A stretch of DNA of 64,000 nt, taken from assembly GCA_028023455.1 (NCBI GenBank), contig JAQFVV010000001.1, positions 12,896,001-12,960,000 of the forward strand, given 5' to 3'. Each line of letters opens with the position of its first letter. The stretch's first letter is position 1. The notes below the pieces were generated by a model. That model made no database searches. It saw only the letters and a program-made list of their open reading frames with translations, and was not told where the DNA came from. The position numbers and the translations under genes were made by a program. This DNA comes from Epiperipatus broadwayi. Lineage: Eukaryota; Animalia; Onychophora. Of this stretch, positions 12,136-25,720 are shown in pieces.

Positions 12136-14725
12136 AGCACTTAAAAAATACGAATAATTTAAAAAATAAGACAAAAGATAAGTGTTGGAGAAGATTGTCT
12201 TTCTTTTTAGAAGATAACTATTTATATATAGGCAAAACTATCTTTAAATAGAGCTCCAATGCAAATACTTCAGCATTCTACAGAAAGTCAACGAAGTTAT
12301 ATGAGAACATAAATTAAATAATGTGTAAAAAATAATTTATTTTTAGTTTTACCTTTAGCTAAGAATATAATATAATGATCGATAATTGTAGTTATGAACC
12401 AGATAGCTGAAAAAGAAGTGGGTTTTTTTTTTTTGCTAAAACCTGAATTTTTTTTAAAAACTTCCATCTAAATTTAAACTCTAAATCTTGCAGACACATA
12501 TATATAAGTAGTTATTTTCAAAATGTTGTATTATTTTTAAAATAATAAAGAAAAATTCTGAATCCAGATTTTTGTGTTGAAAGCTATTTTTTGCTATCTT
12601 GTAAAGTGGCAATATCGACTGTAAAACTGGTATTGGTGTCCGGGCGGAGGGGGGGGGACTCCCTCTCATTTACAAATGTCATTTCTGTCACATTTTTCCT
12701 TCTATACTATCCATTTATCCTAATCATCTGACCTCTTTCCCTTTTTAAAAAAAAAAGAATTTTTTTTTGTTTTAATCTTTTAATTCTTTTTACTTACAAA
12801 CCACAAAATATGATCTGTTCAATATTTTAACTACATTAGCAAAATATAATTCTACCACTTAAATTGGGTTATAATTTTAGAGTGGTTATCACTCAAAAGT
12901 TTTATTGACCTGCACAGATACAAATCATATTTATTTAAATTTTTAAAAATATATTTGCCTCAAACATATTTGAAAACAACATAAAATTAAATATATATGT
13001 AGAAGATAAAAGATATTGATAATATTATAAAAAAAAATTAGATAAAAAGTTTAATATTTGAACAGCATGAGGAAAGAAAGCTGAATAAAATTAGGAAATA
13101 CTGTAAGCTTTGAGGTTTTTAGCTTACATATGTTGATAAAAATAGTGGCGCTTACTTTTAGAAGCACAAGTTTTAGAAAAACTATCATAATAATGCATGT
13201 GGAAGAGAAAAAGATTCCAACCGAATGATAAAATTAAAAATATTAAAAAAACATAAAAAAGGATAAATTGTTATATTAATTAATTAAATATACTAATAGA
13301 TGTCATTCAATAGTCTATCCCAAATATAAAAATAATATTCCCAGTATAAAATCAAATATAAATTTTATTAAAGTCTTAACTATGAAAAGTAAAAATAATT
13401 TTTGGCTTTTAATTTAAAATAAATTTTTTTAAAGGGAAATCCTTATTTTATCACTAGAAAAAATATGATTATGCTTTACAAAAGCCATTAGAAGACAAAG
13501 CATTCTAATAGCGACAATTTATTTAAGTTTAGAAAATTAAAAATCAAAAAAACTATATTTAGAAAAGAGAAGCTAGCATTATTAAGAAAATGTCAAGATT
13601 AAGATTTGCAAAAATTTAAATTTAACTAAATTAACATTGCTGTAATGAATATTTTTTTAAAGGATAACATTTAATAAAGAAAGTATAGCAATTATCTGTT
13701 AAAAAAGGCAGATGCTTAAAAACAGTTTGAATATAAAGTTTATTCATCAGAAAAATATATATTTGGAATATATATATATCATCCCTATAAAGATGAAGAA
13801 TAAGAGAAAGCACAACACACATCAGCATTTACGGAACGATTTAAAAAAACAAGCTAATTTTATAAACTTAATAGTAACATATATTGAGAGCTAATAATTA
13901 CAAACCACAAAGATATCCAAAACAAATGCTTGTGCCTTTCCAAATTCTTAATTGATGAGTTCCATAGATAGTATAAATATATTCTAATTATTCAAATCCT
14001 TTACTTTTAAGACATGAAGTATGGTAGAGATTAATTACTTATTTCTAACTTTCATAAGAAAATATAGAGAAACAATGGGAATGATAATAAAAAATATACA
14101 TAATTTTTTTTGAAAATATATGAGCAATAAATACTGAAAAATCATAATTCCTAAGAAAGCAACTGTATATGAAATGTTAGAACTCAATAGATGAAATACC
14201 ATCAGCATTAGAAACTTTATTTAATACCAGAATTTGAAAGAATATATTGAATTAGAAGAATTTTAAAAATATTTTATATAAAAAACTCTTTAATAAAAAA
14301 AATTTAAAAAAATTTGTGTTTAATCTAAGGAATTTTGGACATTCACATTTGCCTGCATTTTGATAGCATATCAAAACAATACAGTGAAAAATAAAAAAAA
14401 ATTAAAAAATCATTAATTATATATATATATATTACTTGAATGTATAATCCCCAGCACTCAGCCTAGCACAATCTGGAATGTGGTTGTTGTGATTTCCACT
14501 GCTAGTGATTGCATTCATGTTACTGCTGCTGTAAATTTAAAAACTTACTTAAACTGGTATCAAAGTAGAAAGCTAATGATTGTAACAATTTTTCCTAGCC
14601 TAGAAAAAGTCATAAAGTATTATGATTATGTAATAAAATGAAGATAACTGATATAGTTTTGAAAAAAAAAGTTGTATTTTTGAAATTGATTGGTTGTTCA
14701 ACAAAATCAAATTATCCATTCATAA

Positions 14726-14787
<62 letters not shown>

Positions 14788-14870
14788 TGATGATGATGAT
14801 GATGATGATGATAATGATGATGATAATAATAGCAATAGTAATAATAATAATAACAACAACAATAGCAGCA
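14726..14870. repeat. Compound trinucleotide microsatellite (AAT)n-(GAT)n-(AAT/AGC/AAC)
   Basis: Directly visible; explains the poly-Ile/poly-Met ORF. Confidence 0.95.
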
Positions 14871-15774
14871 ACAACTGTATTTTAAGAGTACTTATATTTC
14901 TGAAATTGTTAAACTTATATCTACAGCATACAGTAAGTATTTAGTATAGACTGAAAAGTATTAATTTGTGAGTTCAGAATAGTAATATATTTTATGAGAA
15001 AGCATTAAGTCTACATAAATATTTTACCAATGAATCCACTGAAAAGAGTGACATCTGATATTTTATTGCAAATAAGAAATACTTGTATATATTCAGAAAA
15101 GAATCTAAACATAAATCATTATGGCTTTATATAAAGTTGTCAAAATTGCTATCACCATTAATTTTTCACTATGGCCAATTTCAAACATTTTTATTTTTTA
15201 ATTTGCACTTTAATTGCTGTCACAGGCACTGAAAAAATGTCATTCAAAAATGATAGTTGCTTTTTGAACAGGAAGTAGCTTCAAATTTATAAATTTAACA
15301 TTCTGTGCATTTGAAGAGCATCATTAAATTTTTATTAAAAGAAGAATTTAAAAAAATAGTTTTCACTTTTTTGAGAGAGTGAGTGATTGAATGATGCCAT
15401 TTATCATTGTGCATACCTAAACTTATTATGGTACACCTTTATTCTGGAATACATTAGACTATTGTGTGAATATTCAGCTTAGCAGTCATCATCAATTTGT
15501 ACCCACTATTTTGATTTGCAACCACTAATTCATTACTACAATTTTTTTTTTTAAAAATCATTTTTTTTTTATAAAAATACCATTTTTAAAAAAGAGTGGC
15601 TATTTTGTAAGACTGATGATGTCATGGGATAGTGCCATCATTAAAACTATGTTATCCAAGGATAATATGATGACATTCAGACTAAAAATGTACTATAGAG
15701 ATTATTAATTATACAGTATGTAATATTATGCTTTGATTATAAAATTAAAATACAATTAATGTATTTATAATTTG

Positions 15775-15982
15775 CTAAATATCAGCCTTTTATAGCTACT
15801 GTACATGCGCTTTAATGAGTGTTAAATAATAAATGAATACTTTTCAGTGCCCATACAAGATATAGCATTTAAGAAAGAATAAAATGAATCCACTTATTCT
15901 TTCAGAACCCAAATGTTTATATATGGGCAAATCTTAAGTACTGGCAAATAAAGCGTGAAGATAGATCATTCACTTTAAATTA
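15775..15982 (-). mobile_element. Family E unit fragment in inverted orientation
   Basis: aaatatcagcctttt...aataaatgaatact...acccaaatgtttatatatgggcaaatcttaagtactggcaa...cactttaaattac is the reverse complement of part of the 334-bp unit. Confidence 0.8.
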
Positions 15983-16056
15983 CGGTTCGCGTTGTCTGAC
16001 TAAATGACGTCGACAAAATTACTTAGAATTTACTTAAACGTCACTCTCAAACGTCA
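15983..16056. promoter_or_regulatory. CpG-retaining patch with three TGACGT (CRE/ATF-type) half-sites
   Basis: Seven CpGs in ~70 bp of an otherwise CpG-poor window; TGACGT at 16005-16010, ACGTCA at 16038-16043 and 16051-16056. Confidence 0.35.
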
Positions 16057-17275
16057 GCATTTTCATTTATGACATATTCAAAGTAAAGATTCTCACTTTC
16101 AATGACCTCAAAAGCAATAAAAATTGCCAGTTTTATTCAGTACAATACATAATCATAAACAAACTTTGATCATATACAGTGCCAAAGTACATTAACAATA
16201 AATTTTAAAATGTGTATATTAGAGAAAATATATTCACTTAATCAGTTTTGGAATAAAATTCTTATTAATATTTTTCCTGAAACTAAAAAAATACGATTAT
16301 CAAAATTGCAAGCTATTTTAATGGAAAAAATGGGGGGAGGGGGCGGAGGTAATTTTGTGCATTATGTAGTTAATAAACAACTTTTTATAATCAAAGGTTA
16401 CTGAACATAAGTTAAAAATATTTATTTAATTAATTTTAAATCAACAATCTCAGCATGTGTTTCTGATATATTCAAATAATGGCAACTGTTATTATAAATA
16501 TTAGGTACAATATTGTAAAGGCAAAAATATTTAATTATGAATCTTATTAAAACTATACTAATTAATTGTACATTACATTTCTTTATTTAATATTTTATTT
16601 AATTTAGATTGCATTTATGTAAATAAATTTGCAAACTGTTGCTTCAAAAAAATATAACTTTAAAAAAAAAAATCCAAATTTTGTTCTCCAAATATTATTT
16701 TTAAAAAAACTGATAACAGAACAGAAATTTGCATGAAAATAAATTTTAAAACGTACATGTATTAATCTTTTTTTTTTTTTTTTCTATATGCTTTACTCTA
16801 ACAAATTGTGATTGAGGAAATACGATTTTCTGGCTATAATAAGAAGCAAAATAGTGGAACATCAATGAAGAAAATATTAGTAAAAATGTTTAGCTTCTGA
16901 AATATTTTTATACAGTATGTATATTTATCCATAGGTTAGCATTTTCTAAGTTTAAAATATACTTAGTAAAATCTCTCTTCATTAATTAACACTTTTTCCA
17001 AATTCAAACTTTATTTGGATTGTTATATATTTTGAATTTAAGATAACAAATTATTATGATTATTTTTTACCATAGGAATTTATTATAATTGTTTATTTTT
17101 TATATGAAATTTTTGATTTATATATTTTGGGGAATCAATTGAACTCAATCTTTTGAATAATGGTATATATTCATATAAATATACTATCTATCAATTCATT
17201 ACTTAATTTTTTTTAACTGCATCATTTTTTATTAGTTATTTAATTATGTCTCAAGTGTGTTTATATATATATATA

Positions 17276-18312
17276 TATAAGGGACTTGAATTCAGACTTT
17301 TGAGTTTCCTACAGTTATACAATCCATTTTATACAACTGATACGCATGACCACATACATGTGAAAAACACAAATGATGTCCAATATATATATATATATAT
17401 ATTTTGTGCTGAACCAGCACTCATCAATTGGTTCAGATCACCATCTTCCACCCATATATTTACAATCAGTGCTCAGTTTATATTAAGATTTAAAATCTTC
17501 AAACTTTAATGGATAAGCTTCAATCTTCTTCACTCTCTAGCTCTTCAGCCATCAATAATATTGAAAATCTGATGATGGAACACTCGAAGCCCTCATTGAT
17601 GCTACTATTATTATCATAACCATGTTGACTTTGACACTCTGACTCCTCACATATAGAACCTTAACAAGTGTATCTCCAATATTCATATTTTGTGCTGAAC
17701 CACACTGGCTCACCAGTTGATCCAGATGACTATCTCCCACACATATGTACAATCAGTGCTCAGTTTATATTAAGTTAGCAAATCTTCAAACTTTAATGGA
17801 CAAGCTTCAATCTTCCAACTCTTCAGTCATCTATATCATTGAAAATCTGATGATTGAACACTCAAAGTCCTTGTTGTTGCCAATATTATTGTCATAACCA
17901 TGTTGACTTTAATTCACTCTGATCCCTCACATATAGGACCTTAATATGTCCATTTATTAAGGTTCTATATGTGAGGGGTCAGAGTGACAAAGTCAACATG
18001 GGTATTATAATAATAGAGGTATCAATAAGGGCTTTGACTGTTACATCATCAAATTTTTAATGATATCATTGGCCAAAGAGTTGGAGGGTAAAGAAGAATG
18101 AAGCTTGTCTATTAAAGTTTAAATATTTGCTATCTTAATATAAACTGACCAGGATGGTGATCTGCACCAACTGATAAGTGCTGGTTCAACGCAAAATATG
18201 TATGTTGGAGATCATTTATCTTTTTCACATGTATGTGACCATGTGTATCAGTTGAATGAGATGGAGTACATAACTTTAGGGAGCTTGAAAGTCTGAGTTC
18301 AAGTTTCTTATA
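17276..18312. mobile_element. Foldback family A with an internal tandem duplication in the left arm
   Basis: Ends tataagggacttgaa/ttcaagtttcttata; ~17395-17680 is repeated at ~17686-17940; fold at ccttaatatgtccatttattaagg near 17950. Confidence 0.9.
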
Positions 18313-18625
18313 ATTACATTAATTTTGGCATAGACAGTTTACTTATGTTTGAATATATATGTTGAATTTAATAATTTTTTACTTATAAATAGAATGAAAT
18401 AAATATAAGTGATTGGGTAGGTCCATGTATAATTGAAAACAATTGTCTAGCAAGTGTTGCTGCCAGGCATCCACAATTAAATTGGAATCACCAATCTAGC
18501 CACATTTATAGTTTATTGTCTTCAAAATAAAAGTTGAATCCACTTTTATATTGGATGCAAAACTATTTTATTTGCATTAAATACTAAAAGCTATTCTCTA
18601 TTTTGAGATTTTTGAAGACTAACAT

Positions 18626-20898
18626 TTATTTCAATCCCATGGAATAATTAAGATCCTCATGGAAGGTATATATGTCTAAGTTAATATTTTTATGGATAAA
18701 GAGAATGAAACTTTTTTCTAATTATATACAATTCTACACAATTATTTTTATTTATGTTCATCATATTTCTCTGCATAAAAATATATATACCTGACATATA
18801 TAATCTACCATAAGTTTACTTATTCCCTGAGATTTAAGAAGAAGAGTCGTCAAAGTATCATCATACAAGAAATAACTGTTGCTCTTCAATAAATAAAAAG
18901 CAGTTTTGCACTCAACGTAAAAGCAGATTCAACTTTTACCTTGAAAACAATAAGCTGTAATTAAATGACTTGCTTAATGGATGAAATTAAATTTTAGTTG
19001 CCTTTTAAAATCAATTTTTCAACATGTATTTCTAATTATTTACAGATCTACTCAATTATTTATGTTTGCGTCACACACAGACACACACACGCGCGCGCGC
19101 ACACACACACACATATATATATATATCATTAATATGTACATTATATAGTATTGATTGCAAGATATGAGTTTTCATATGGTTTGAAATGATGAAATAGCTT
19201 ATATGAAAGTTAAACTGTATCTAAAAATTCTAATTAAGTTCTGCATTGGCAACTTAGAAATCTGGTTACTTTGCTTTTCATGGATGTTTTAATTTATAAA
19301 GTTTATTATACTTTAAATGTAGTTGAGAATAACCTTATGGTTTAGACCAGTGGTAGAGTGTAAGATTTAAAAACTGTAAGTTTATGAATCAATTCTCAGC
19401 AGAAAAAAATTAAAAAAAAGAACTTGGTTAAATGAATGGAACTGTTGAACTTCACCTGTCATCTTAAAAGTTCAAATGTCATATAACCTCCAAAGCAACT
19501 GCTAATGTAATTATATATATATTTCTGAGAATAATCATAGGTTTTTTTTCTGTTGATCAATAACTATCTATTAGCAGAAGAGTTTTTTAAGCAAATTAAT
19601 CTATTTTCTCAATATCTCAGTTAAATTAACATGCATCTTTATTAGTTATCTATTGCATTCTCTCTTTTTGATTCCCTGCAAAATGTCATATTCTGAAACT
19701 CAAGGTTCACACACCATGATCATGTTTTATCTCTTTTGGTGGTCAAACTTTTTATGAACTCCTAAGCCATAAACTTTTAATTACTTATTTTGTGTTTCTT
19801 TTTGTATATAGTTGTTATTAGCTTTTGTAATTACAGGGAATTTGAATGCAGACTTTCAAGCTCCTTTCAGCTATCCACTCTATCTCATACAGCTGATGCA
19901 CATGATCACACACATGTGAAAAGATAAATGATATTCAATATATGTATTTTGTGCTATATCAGCACTCCTTAGTTAGTCCAGATAATCATCTTCCACACAT
20001 ATATATATATAATCAGTGCTTAGTTTATATAAAGATCGCAAGGGTGGAGCAGATTGGAGCTTGTTCATTAAAGTTTGAAGATTTATTATCTTAATATAAA
20101 CAGAGTATTGATTATATATGTGTGTGGCAGATGGTGATTTTGAATGAGTGCTGGTTCAGCACGAAATATGGAAATCATTTATCTTTTTCACAAGTTTTGG
20201 CCATTTGTATCGGTTGTATTAGATGGAATGGATAGCTAAAGAAAGCTTGAAAGTCTGTATTCAAATCCCCTATAATTACATTTAAACTCCAAGTATATAA
20301 ATTACACTTTGTATTCAAATATGACATTAGTAATATATATATCTTAAGAATTGGATGCAAAGTACCATCCATTTAAGATGAATTTCTATGAGCGTATGCT
20401 CAATGTTAAATTTTTTTTCAAAATAATGGGTTTTCTAATTAAAAATAAATAAATAAAAAAGAATTTATTTATTATAGGACTAGTTGATTAATAGATCAAG
20501 TGATGTTTGAGCGCCAGAACAAATTCTATTTAGTTAATCAACAGATATTTTTTGGTTTTTTCATTTGTATTGCTACGATACATTAATTTGATTATTAAAG
20601 AGTTTGCAAGCCTGCATTTATTTATTTTTAATTACAACAGCAATAATGATAATGAATTTATAATTCAAAATATTGAATTAAATATTATTGCAGTACTTAT
20701 TATTAGTTTAAAAATGATTGGTTTCTTTTATACATAACTGAGGGTTAACATTCTTTTATCTTTTTACAATGTTGGTAGTCTTCTCACGTTTTGAACAAAA
20801 AAATTTTGATTTCATAATGAAGGCTATTGATAAATCTCATTACCATAACAAGTTGTTTGGATCGTCCACTTTGAATATCATTATTCTGATAATCTTTG
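18626..20898 (-). CDS. Candidate host gene fragment, four phase-compatible exons (20898-20844, 18954-18940, 18883-18820, 18675-18626); product unknown
   Basis: GT-AG boundaries give an open frame KDYQNNDIQSGRSKQLVM-LIVFK-SNSYFLYDDTLTTLLLKSQGI-NIYTFHEDLNYSMGLK*. No homolog recognised, and boundaries were picked by eye. Confidence 0.25.
19076..19126. repeat. Compound (CA)n(CG)n(CA)n(TA)n microsatellite
   Basis: acacacacacgcgcgcgcgcacacacacacacatatatat is directly visible. Confidence 0.9.
19826..20280. mobile_element. Foldback family A, centrally deleted (~455 bp)
   Basis: tgtaattacagggaatttgaa ... ttcaaatcccctataattaca; the arms meet near 20040-20060. Confidence 0.88.
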
Positions 20899-21658
20899 CT
20901 TTGGAAAAATGAAAATAAAGTCTTTAAAATAATAACAAAAATACTTCAACATGATTCCATTCATAACAATGCTTCAAGTTATGAAAACTCACGTGACTTA
21001 AAACACCGCAGATAATCGCTTAAAGTAATCATTTTACTCCAACAAAACTGAATGTAACCTTAAAGTAATAGAAGAAACACACAATTGCTTTTCAATTTCT
21101 GACGCTTGAAAACTAGAAGGCTTATTACAATAAGAATAGATTTCATACTTATAGAGAAACTATAGAATTAATCTGAAATTTGAACTAACAAAAGCGTAAC
21201 AACTCATGATATATATGTAGACAGATTGACTTGTTAGCTAAAACAAGTTTAAACGTAGTCTGTATATATACATACATATAAGAAAGTCTGTAGTGTAATA
21301 TAGGGCATCGGTGACTTATTCTCATGACCAGACCTGAGGAAAGGGAAATGCAGCCGATACATTGTTCTGAGACCCATGGAGTTACCATGAAGAGGAAAAT
21401 TGTTAAAAAATTTTACAAAACCAAATTTTTAAAAACATATTGGATATAGACTTCATACTATATACTTTGCTTGTACAACAAAACTGCCTTGCAGCTTTAT
21501 TTGACATAATCTTTATTAATCTGAACACTCATTGAACAGTTATTTATGTAATTTATTGAATTTTAATTTTATTACTTATTTATTTAAGTTTACAAGTTTA
21601 GTTTCATTTTGTTTATGAATATATTTTATATTTCATTTCAGTTTATGAATGGTTATGA

Positions 21659-23760
21659 AATGTCATCTCAAAAATCTGGACCTCAAAAAGCAAGGAAAAA
21701 TAGAAACGTGATGACATTAATAAAAAAGTGTGACAAATGCTTTTTCAATTTGATATTAAATGCAAAACAAGCGAAACTAACCAAAATGAAACTTTAAGTT
21801 CAGAACAATATGAGACAAGTATAGAACCGAAACAAAGGTAAGAATTTCAAGATGTCAGTATGGTTTTTCAAGAAATATCGGATCAAGTAAATTCTCAATT
21901 TAAAGATTTAGAGAAACAATTGAATGTTAGTGGTGAGAGTACTTTACTATCTAAAGAATCTGGGCATGGCAGACATAGTAAAGAGAAAAATAGGTCAAAT
22001 ACTGGAATTGATATTGGACTTCTTATAACAGAGTATTGCCTTCTTAATTGGATATAGAAAACCATGTTATTAAAAGTTATATTAGCTTTCCTAAAACATT
22101 TCCCAAAGATATAGATAACCAGGTTTTTCCCAAAGTATTCTAACATTTCGAAGTTTAATATTGAAAACATGACCGAGATTGGTTAGAGTGAAGTTAAACA
22201 CGCATTATTTTGCTTTCCTTTTCAATTATTTTGGAACAAGATTTGTTGCAACATTATTCAGTATCTAAATCTATGCTTGCATCAACACCCACATGATTAG
22301 CAGCTAAAAAGTGGCAAAATTACATATTTTCATCCCAGAACATGAGAGAAACAATAGTTATAGGCAATGCTATCTGGCTTGGCAAGAATTAGAAAGATGC
22401 CTGTTATCTGGAAAAGACATTGACAGTTTATTGGAGGCATTAATTAAAACAAAATCTGTCAAATGGTACAAAATTATGAAATGAATAATTAATGTTGTAC
22501 TATTCCTTGGTGAATGGGAAGCTTGTTTTGCATGGCAGTTCCTGGCATATTGTTGAAAAAGATAATAGAAATTGTCTGGGAATCATAGAGTTGTTGTCCC
22601 ATTGGGATCCAGTTCTAAAAAAACATGTGTTGCAAGTTAAATAGTCATAAGAAAAAAGGGAAAGACTTCAAGTACATTACCTCAATGCCAATTCCCAAAA
22701 TGAATTAATTGCTGAATGTTACTCACTTGTAAATCAATGCATGTTGGAGAATAAGAAAACAGCAAACTACTTTGCTGTTATTGTTGATTCCATGCCAAAT
22801 TTATTCCATGTTGAATAAACAACATTTCCTTTGCCTTATGTAATACCATATAAAAAACAGTATGGAAATGTAGAAAGATTTTTACAGTCTATTGATGAAA
22901 TCATAAAACAGGATATGACATAGCACAGATGATAGTAAAAACATTGAAAGAATACTATATATCACTGTCAGATTGTTGAACAGACAACATGGTGGGGCAA
23001 TATGAAAGTGCATAAGCAAGAATACTTGAGCAATGTGAAACAGCTTTACTTTTACTATGTGAATGTCACACTTAATTTGTGAGGAAATAATGCCACAGAA
23101 TGCATTCCTAAAGCCATAACAATTTTGGAACTGTACAAACTGTTTACAACTTGTTTAATTCTAGTCCACAGCGATGGGAAATCTTGCAAAAGTTTATTGG
23201 TTATACTCTTCATGACATTCATGATACATGATGGTCATTGTAGCCCACATATCAGGCATCAAATTAGAATTTAGAAAAGCTCTTGGAGTTGAATCTAATT
23301 GCCAAAACAAGAATAGAAATTAATGAAGCTTTGACTTATGTCACATCCTTCATCTGTGTGATAATGTCTGTAATATAGTACAGAGTATTAATTCCAGTTG
23401 ATATTTGCAACAATATTATTTAATCGAAAAATGCAACGCTGGATGTCGAAGTGCCCGACTTAAAAAGCCTTTATTTTAGAAGTGACAAATCTTTGGAACA
23501 GCTGGAAAAGTATGTGGAGTAAAGCTAAGCATATTGCTTTTAATTTCTGCATAGAAGTGAAACTCTTTGGAACTCAAGAAAAATCAAAATGCAAAAGAAA
23601 GAGGTTTCATGATGAACATACTAAAGAAGAAGCAGATTTGTTAAAATAAGATGAAATGGATAAATCCCCTGAGGAAACTTATTTCAGAAAATCTGTCTTC
23701 AATGTAATATTGGATAATGTTATTGGTAGATTGACTGTTTGTTTCAATACTACAAAGTAA
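21659..23760 (+). mobile_element. hAT transposase pseudogene, ZMYM1/DUF4371 type, C-terminally truncated
   Basis: With stops and frameshifts: MSSQKSGPQK, IPEHERNNSYRQCYLAW (TTF-finger-like), KWYKIMK*IINVVLFLG, NCLGIIELLSHWDPVLKKHV, YLNANSQNELIAEC, YFAVIVDSMPNLFHVE, VERFL, CHT.NL region, YFRKSVFNVILDNVIGRLTVCFN. Confidence 0.88.
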
Positions 23761-24304
23761 GACAATTTTTAGTATCTTGACTTAAATGTTGTAACATATT
23801 TATTATCATTGTGTGTCTGAAATAATTTGCAATTTATATAATCCAGAAATTTTATAAAATTAGAAAAGTCAACCTGGATTTTGATAGTTTTGCTTAAACA
23901 TTAATGTGTATTGGAGCTGTTTTGTTTTGTAAACCTTATGGTACTTGCTTCATTATTCCTCATTATTAACCATTATATTATTAATTTCAGGCAATGTTTT
24001 TTACATAATATCCCATGATATTTAATGCATAGCCTTGCCAAATATTTTTTGCTCCATAAGATAGTATAGTGCAAAGAACTTGTTGAATTTTCTTTTTTAT
24101 ATCTCACTTAATTTCACTTCACACTATTCACAAATAAAAAATCAATTTATTTACAGAACTGCCCTGTCAACTATCTTCTCTTCATGTTTATAATCCTAAA
24201 AATTTATTATTAATAATGCTATTTAATATTCTTTTCTTCAAAATATTCTTATTTAAAACTCATTTTATTCCATTTAAAAACATTTGATAAAGAAAATCAA
24301 TCTA

Positions 24305-24975
24305 AATAGAGGGGTTTGAACTTAGGATTTTCAGTCTATATTCATTATCTACTCCATCTCAAGAAACACATATGAAAAGATAAATGACCCTCAATATATG
24401 TATTTTGTGCAGAACCAGCACGCATCAATTGGACCAGAACATAATTTCCCATATATATACCCACTCAGTTCTTGGTTTATATTAAGATCACAATTCCTTA
24501 AACTTTAATGGACAGACATCAATCGTCTCACCCTTCCAACAATTTAACCATCAATTTCATTAAAAAACCAATTATGGAATGCTCAAAGCTCTTAGTGGAT
24601 TTAATATTGTAGTTATAGCCATGTAGACATTACATTAATCTAACTCCTCACATTATCAATATTAAGTACACCAAAGGCTTTGAGCATTCCATCATTCATT
24701 TTTCAATGAAATGGATGGTTGAATTGTTGGAAGGGTGAGAAAATTGAAGCCTTTTCATTAAAGTTTAAGAAATTGCTATCTTAATATAAGCCAAACACTG
24801 ATTGTATATACGTGTGAGAGATTATGATCTGGCCCATCTGGTTTTGCATGAAAATATTATCTTTTTCACATGTGCATAGTCATGTGTATTGATTGACTGT
24901 TTGAATTGGAGTGGATGATCAATATAGACTGAAACAATATAAACTGAAAATTCTAAGATCAAATTCATCTATTTA
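24305..24975. mobile_element. Foldback family A, diverged copy
   Basis: tagaggggtttgaacttagg...; the inner arms pair (ggaatgctcaaagc/gctttgagcattcc, ccttccaacaattt/gaattgttggaagg); fold near 24660. Confidence 0.85.
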
Positions 24976-25349
24976 CTATAGTAAACATTCAGTATATTGA
25001 ATGAATAGATTAATTAAAATCAATCTAAGTAACAATTTATTTTATCTTAGAAATTTTAACTTTATAGATTACTAATTTTTACAAATGGGTAAAATTCTTC
25101 TTATTGAAGGATTTTCTGTTTAACAATTAAACTAATTTGTGTATTTTTAAGGAATCAAGTATTTGTTACCTAGGAATTCCAATATGTTCCAATCTGTTTG
25201 ATATGTCATATAGATTAATATCTATATATTTCATTTTAATTTGTGAATATTAAAGATTTTATTTCTGGGAATTAAACTATCTTTTTTTTCTTTTTCTTTT
25301 TTTTTTATAAATGTCAGAGAGAATTTGGATTTTTGACTTATTGTCAAGA

Positions 25350-25720
25350 ATGGCTCTTATAGATTCAATAATATTTAAAACAGACGATTGAAAAAGTCAT
25401 TAAAGATGTATAAAATCTCCTATGGTTTTTTTCATAATGTTTTATAAACACCATTCATTTTAATGAGTTGCTTGATTTGAAATATTTTCATAAAAGTTGG
25501 CAGTTTTGTCTGGAAATGAAAATTTCATCAGAAAACTTGATCCCTCCCAGTTAGCTTCTGTAATGAGTCTATACAAAGTAATATGAGAATAAAAAATAGT
25601 TGCTAAAAAAAAGAATAGCATAATGTAACTTTCCAAATCATGACAATTTCATCAGCATAATTTACACTTGCAGAAACATCTAAATGATAGGGATTTTTTT
25701 TAGGAGATTATCAAGTATAA
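25350..25720 (-). mobile_element. Highly decayed non-LTR RT fragment
   Basis: Minus strand reads FILDNLLKK, then SVNYADEIVMIW (YADD-like), then WEGSSFLMKFSFPDKT in the expected order. Confidence 0.35.

Noticed and set aside
12630-12665. G/C homopolymer runs (also 16330, 27935, 41005, 57815, 61190) as G-quadruplex or regulatory elements
   Set aside because: They are single runs without four G-tracts and are more likely remnants of old DNA-transposon subtermini; no boundaries can be defined.
13000-14330. Purine-rich strand with faint RT-like words (TYVDK, LQKPLE)
   Set aside because: The motif spacing is inconsistent with the better LINE copies; too decayed to call.
14436-14528. 93-bp open minus-strand exon candidate (SSNMNAITSSGNHNNHIPDCARLSAGDYTF)
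   Set aside because: The splice sites are plausible, but it cannot be joined in phase to other candidates and has no recognisable homology.
19335-19420. ccagtggtagagtg followed by an A-rich tail as a tRNA/SINE
   Set aside because: Only an A-box-like word is present; no B-box or stems are recoverable.
21301-24166. tagggca (21301) and tgccctg (to 24166) as TIRs of the ZMYM1-type hAT
   Set aside because: The match is only 6-7 bp and the flanking 8-mers (gtgtaata vs tcaactat) are not a TSD.
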